A stretch of 64,000 nt of DNA, the filler included, from Stramenopiles sp. TOSAG23-2 (lineage: Eukaryota): NCBI GenBank assembly GCA_900128395.1. It is 29 parts of 29 records of this genome, joined end to end, with 100 filler letters (N's around TTAATTAATTAA, not from the genome) between each part and the next. Parts side by side here need not be neighbours in the genome. Positions count along the whole stretch, not along the records: positions 59,732 to 61,836 come from LT652033.1; positions 61,937 to 64,000 come from LT652071.1; 27 more parts are not named here. One strand, written 5' to 3'. Below the pieces are notes generated by a model. The model had not been told where the DNA came from. It was given only the letters and a program-made list of their open reading frames with translations, and searched no databases. Every line of letters starts with the position of its first letter. Within the stretch, counting starts at the first letter, position 1. Position numbers and translations under genes: made by a program. Shown one piece after another: positions 59,732 through 64,000 of the stretch.

Positions 59732-60680
59732 CAGTTCAGAGGATGAGAAAGCAAAAGGGCGCGGAACAAAGAAAGGGCGCAAGAGGAGGAAATTGAATCC
59801 ATTACAGCAATTTTTGAAAAAAAATCAACCAAAGAAACCAAATTCTGCATATATATTATTTTGTACACAACATCGCAATGAAGTCAAAACTAGTAATCCG
59901 GAATTGAAAAGTTCTCAAATAATGATCAAATTAGCAGGATTGTGGAAAGAAGTTGGCGCAGAGGAAAAAGCGAAATTTGAGCTTTTGTCAAACGAATTGA
60001 AAGATCAATATAAAAAAGATATTTTGGATTTTGAAACTGGCCCAAAAGCTGAATTTATTAGGAATAATCCTGGATGCAATGCTAAAATTGAATCTTCCAG
60101 TGACGAAGATTCTAGTAGTGAGGATGATAGCAGCGATGATGATGAGCCAAAGAAACGTAAAGTATTGAGTCCAGAACAACAATTTATCAAGAAGAACAAG
60201 CCAAAGAATCCAGTTTCTGCTTATATTATTTTTTGCTCTGAAAATCGCGAAGCTGGTAAAAAAGGAAATCCTGGTATTACTGGACCAAATTTAATGAAAC
60301 AACTCGGTGCTAAGTGGAAAGTTCTCACGGCTGAAGATAAAGTCCAATATCAAGAAAAAGCAAAAGCTTTGCGTGAACAATATAATAAAGATTGGAAAGC
60401 ATTCCAAGAAGGACCTTTGGCTAAATGGAGGGAAGAAAATAAAGATAAATTAGATGAGAATAAGAAACCAGCAAAAAAAAGAAAAGTTGTAAAAAAAACG
60501 GCTGTGAAGGAAGGCGACGATGATGAAAATAAGGGATCTGATAATTCAAAAGAGACTGGTGTGGCCAGTAATGTTGACAGTGATAAACAACCTGGAGCTA
60601 ATAGTACAAGTAATTCTTCTTCCTCCTCCTCCTCATTGCCAACAACGAAATCAAAACCTGGTCAAGTTATGATTGCATAA
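59732..60680 (+). CDS. HMG-box protein with at least two boxes, 5'-partial
   Basis: PKKPNSAYILFC...LAGLWKEV and PKNPVSAYIIFC...LGAKWKVL, separated by an acidic linker. Confidence 0.92.
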
Positions 60681-61475
60681 ACATTTTTTAAAGTATCATA
60701 ACGAATGGGTAATCAAATACGTATTATATATTATGTACATTTATTCCTGAAAAAAAATATGATTGTAGAGGAGATAGTAAATTGTGTACGAAGTATAATA
60801 GAGAACGGGTGCGCGTAGTAGTGTATTATATTTTATATATTATAAAAAACAAAATATTTTTTCTAAATATAATCTAGCACTTGCCTTGGGCTTGCAATAC
60901 AAAAATTAAAAAAATTATTATTGAAAAATCCGGATGAATGAAAATCTTGAAAATCCTAATATTCATGACATATAGGCATTTGTATATTAGTATACAATAT
61001 TGCTTACTATGACATCATCAGGAAGGACGAAGAAAATTCTACAGATGATAGAATAAATGAAAATCCGAAGTTATTGAAAAATGTGATGGTATTTGTAAAT
61101 GGTATTGCCTTGCTAAATAAAAACAAGCGTGCATAATGTGATGTAGTAATGAGGTTGTGATGACGTAATTATTAATCTTCAACATATAAAAAATAGAATT
61201 AAAAGAGAGAGAGTGGAGTGGGAGAACGAAATCAAACACACATTACAGATAACAACAGAGGGAATCGTGTGTGCATCTTTTGTTTTTGTTTCCATATATA
61301 CATATATACATTTTAATATAATATATATTATATTTTATTTTCCATATTGAATATATAATATATATATATAGAATAACAATTTTCGAGTAATATCAGATTT
61401 TCAAGTTCCCCCCCTTTTTATTTTTTTTTTCTCTTTTTACATACATAGTAAATAATAATATTATTCAATATATAT

Positions 61476-61836
61476 ATGGCAAGTTTAGCAAATGATCAGA
61501 ATGGTGAAAGGAGAGCGAGTAGAACTGTTTCTCGCAAAATAATAGTGTTAGGTTTTAGAGGCGTTGGAAAAACAAGGATGGTTAAACAATATGTTGACAA
61601 TGTTTTCATACCAGAAGATAGTTACGTACCAACCATTGAACAATCTTTTAAAAAAAGTATATTTATTGACAACGTAAATATTAAGTTGGAAATTATTGAT
61701 ACTGCTGGTAAAGATGAATATGCTACTTTTTCAAGGTCATCCTCTGTCGGTGCGCACGGATACATATTTGTATTCTCTGTTAATTCAAAGAGTTCATTGG
61801 ACAATTTGATCAAAGTTAGGGAAAATCTGTTGAATT
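61476..61836 (+). CDS. RHEB: Rheb-like small GTPase, 3'-partial
   Basis: RKIIVLGFRGVGKT (Rheb-type Arg in the P-loop), YVPTIE, DTAGKDEY, HGYIFVFSV. Confidence 0.8.
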
Positions 61837-62113
61837 NNNNNNNNNNNNNNNNNNNNNNNNNNNNNNNNNNNNNNNNNNNNTTAATTAATTAANNNNNNNN
61901 NNNNNNNNNNNNNNNNNNNNNNNNNNNNNNNNNNNNTTAGAGCTTTACTATAGTAGGATAGAATATTATTCTTGCGATTGAGTATTGAGCACATATTACT
62001 CGTACTTAACTCGAGAAGTGTAAAATTATTATAACTTTAGATTTTAACCATCATTATTTTTATATAATATTTAAAAATATTTACGATATACGAATAATTG
62101 TCAATTGTCTTTT

Positions 62114-63520
62114 TTACTTATGAAAGCTCATTGTATTTGTTGAACCACTAGTATTATTTGTCATCATAATTGTGTTATCTTGTTTTATCTCATTTCCTAA
62201 CCCTACATCACCTACTTCATTTCCTTTATTTGCTATTGCCATGAAATGTTGATTGCCTGCAAATTCGCTGTACAAGGTAAACAAAACATGTAATGATTCT
62301 ATTGCACTTTGATGTACTGGAATATCCAAAATAGCACATAAAACACGAGCATAATCCCGTATGCTTAGATCAATCTCAGGCGGTGGCAATTTCATTCCTT
62401 TTTGTAAGGAGCTCTCAAATTCATCAGGCCATACTTGCATGAGTCGCTCAATATCTGGCATACTTTTCGTATAATGGACTTGTGGTGGCGGTTTACTACG
62501 ATGCAAATCAGAGATGCTTTTGATCCATTTGTCAATTTCACGTGGATTTTTATCTGCATTTTCCAAACTGCGTACTATCATTGGTTCCAAATTGCTTTTT
62601 TTCGATATGGCTCTTAATTGCAAATCAAGAACGGTTGGATCGGATTGATGCGATGCCGGTTCATCTAATACTTTCAAACCAAGCTCTTCCGTTTTTTGAC
62701 CAGGTGGTGGACATTTTAAGAATGCATCGATTTCACCAACAGCTGGTATATAATCTGGAATGAAGCATTTTAATTTCGTTTCCAATTCAATATTATGAGG
62801 TTTGTATCGTCCGATGTAATTCCATAAATCTTTAACTTCCGCGGAGACATTCAAATGGGCATAATCGTCTGGATTGTATTCACCTTCCACTCGTTTGACT
62901 TTGCTAGGGCTATCATCTTCGTCATCTTCTTCCTCCCCGGTCCCATCTGATGATACAGACGATTCGTCGCTATCAAACGTGTCCTTTCCTTTGTTATTTT
63001 TGTTCAAACTATCGTTTGGACTTTTGCCTTGACTACCTCTGGAACCACCCATTGCTTTGGTAGGCCTATCATTTGCATTCAAATGCGTTAATTTAGCTGG
63101 AACTTCTTTCTTAGTATACGTCTCTTTCTTGTCATTTTCCGATGCATCTGAGGATGCGTCTGAATCGTCATCATCGTATTCTTGCCTAGTATTGGAAGTA
63201 TTTGTTTTAGGTGGTGTATCACCATTTTTCATTTGGTTTTGCTCAGCAATAGAATCAATACTGGTACCTAAATCACTTTCTTCATCACTTGCTATTTCTA
63301 CTGCCTCATCAAATGGTAAATTTTGCACTTTTGTCGTCCTTCCTCCTTTACCATTGCCACCACCAGAATTGCCATTGCTTCCCTTTTTTTTCGGTGATTC
63401 TTTATCTGACTCTGCATATGACTCACCAAATTCAAAATCGTCACCTGAGTCTTTATTTTTATTATCTTCAGAAAAATCGTCTGAAAAATCATCATCAGAG
63501 GAACCACTAAAGTCAGACAT
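62114..63520 (-). CDS. IFT46: Intraflagellar transport protein 46
   Basis: NLPFDEA, YNPDDYAHLNVSAEVKDL..YI.RYKP, LKCFIPDYIPAVGEIDAFLK, LGLKVLDEP..QSDPTVLDLQLR, MPDIERLMQVWP, IESLHVLFTLY. Confidence 0.96.
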   Translation of the reverse strand: MSDFSGSSDDDFSDDFSEDNKNKDSGDDFEFGESYAESDKESPKKKGSNGNSGGGNGKGGRTTKVQNLPFDEAVEIASDEESDLGTSIDSIAEQNQMKNGDTPPKTNTSNTRQEYDDDDSDASSDASENDKKETYTKKEVPAKLTHLNANDRPTKAMGGSRGSQGKSPNDSLNKNNKGKDTFDSDESSVSSDGTGEEEDDEDDSPSKVKRVEGEYNPDDYAHLNVSAEVKDLWNYIGRYKPHNIELETKLKCFIPDYIPAVGEIDAFLKCPPPGQKTEELGLKVLDEPASHQSDPTVLDLQLRAISKKSNLEPMIVRSLENADKNPREIDKWIKSISDLHRSKPPPQVHYTKSMPDIERLMQVWPDEFESSLQKGMKLPPPEIDLSIRDYARVLCAILDIPVHQSAIESLHVLFTLYSEFAGNQHFMAIANKGNEVGDVGLGNEIKQDNTIMMTNNTSGSTNTMSFHK

Positions 63521-64000
63521 ATTTTCTTAACTATGTAATTTAGATAAAGTTATAGGTATATATCTGTATATCTGTATGTATATATGTTCAAAAATAGAAC
63601 ATATGTAAAATAATATATCTATATTACGAATATATATATTCTATTAATGTAATAATAATAATATAAGATTTAAATTTTTTTTTATTATTATATATTATCG
63701 TTTATTATCCTACCATGTGCATGTGTGATGCATAATAATGGTATTTGGTGGTGTTTTTTTATATTATTTTCAAATTTTTTATTTCAAATTTTGCACTCCT
63801 GGCACTCTGGCACTCTGGCACTCCTTATAACTTCTGTATCAGGTACAGTATAGGTTAGTACATGTAGAATCTACAAATAAATATGCTATAGCAGCCTGTG
63901 CTGCTGTGAGCCTGTGAGGCTGGAAAAGTGGAATCGTATTTTAGGTATTTATATTTTTTGTCTAGTAATTAGGTCAGATGCTTTTTTGATAGCATAATTT

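Noticed and set aside
2126-61936. Regularly spaced TTAATTAATTAA as a CRISPR-like or biological repeat
   Set aside because: It is always embedded in 44 N on each side and is a six-frame-stop scaffolding linker
63799-63824. (CTGGCACT)x3 as a telomeric repeat
   Set aside because: Only three copies, internal to the contig, and not seen elsewhere in the window
1-64000. A multi-gene system or cluster inferred from gene neighbourhood
   Set aside because: The contigs are concatenated by length, so genes on different contigs are not linked
1-64000. tRNA, rRNA or transposase/reverse-transcriptase genes
   Set aside because: None recognisable by eye; a covariance-model or HMM scan would be needed to exclude them

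Overview
This window is not one continuous locus. It is 29 short contigs, each joined to the next by an artificial 100-nt linker (44 N + TTAATTAATTAA + 44 N; 28 linkers, the first at 2126-2225 and the last at 61837-61936). The internal contigs shrink steadily from about 2122 to about 2105 bp, so they are sorted by length and adjacency across a linker has no biological meaning. The source is an AT-rich, intron-poor, flagellated microbial eukaryote using the standard code (eEF2, proteasome beta5 with a GT-AG intron, IFT46, Rheb, DPM2, PGS1, ABCA). A heterotrophic stramenopile single-cell or metagenome assembly is my guess, not a result. An expanded ankyrin family and a 26-aa LRR family recur across contigs, as do several foldback/MITE-like elements and two dispersed repeats. 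Many exact tandem duplications and frameshifts are probably assembly or amplification artefacts. The most unusual stretch is 47307-48060. It holds a lipase fragment and a degraded membrane-protein gene resembling giant-virus genes, and that gene is interrupted by a 94-bp hairpin insert with a 4-bp flanking duplication whose removal restores the frame. All family assignments come from motif recognition by eye; no database searches were run.
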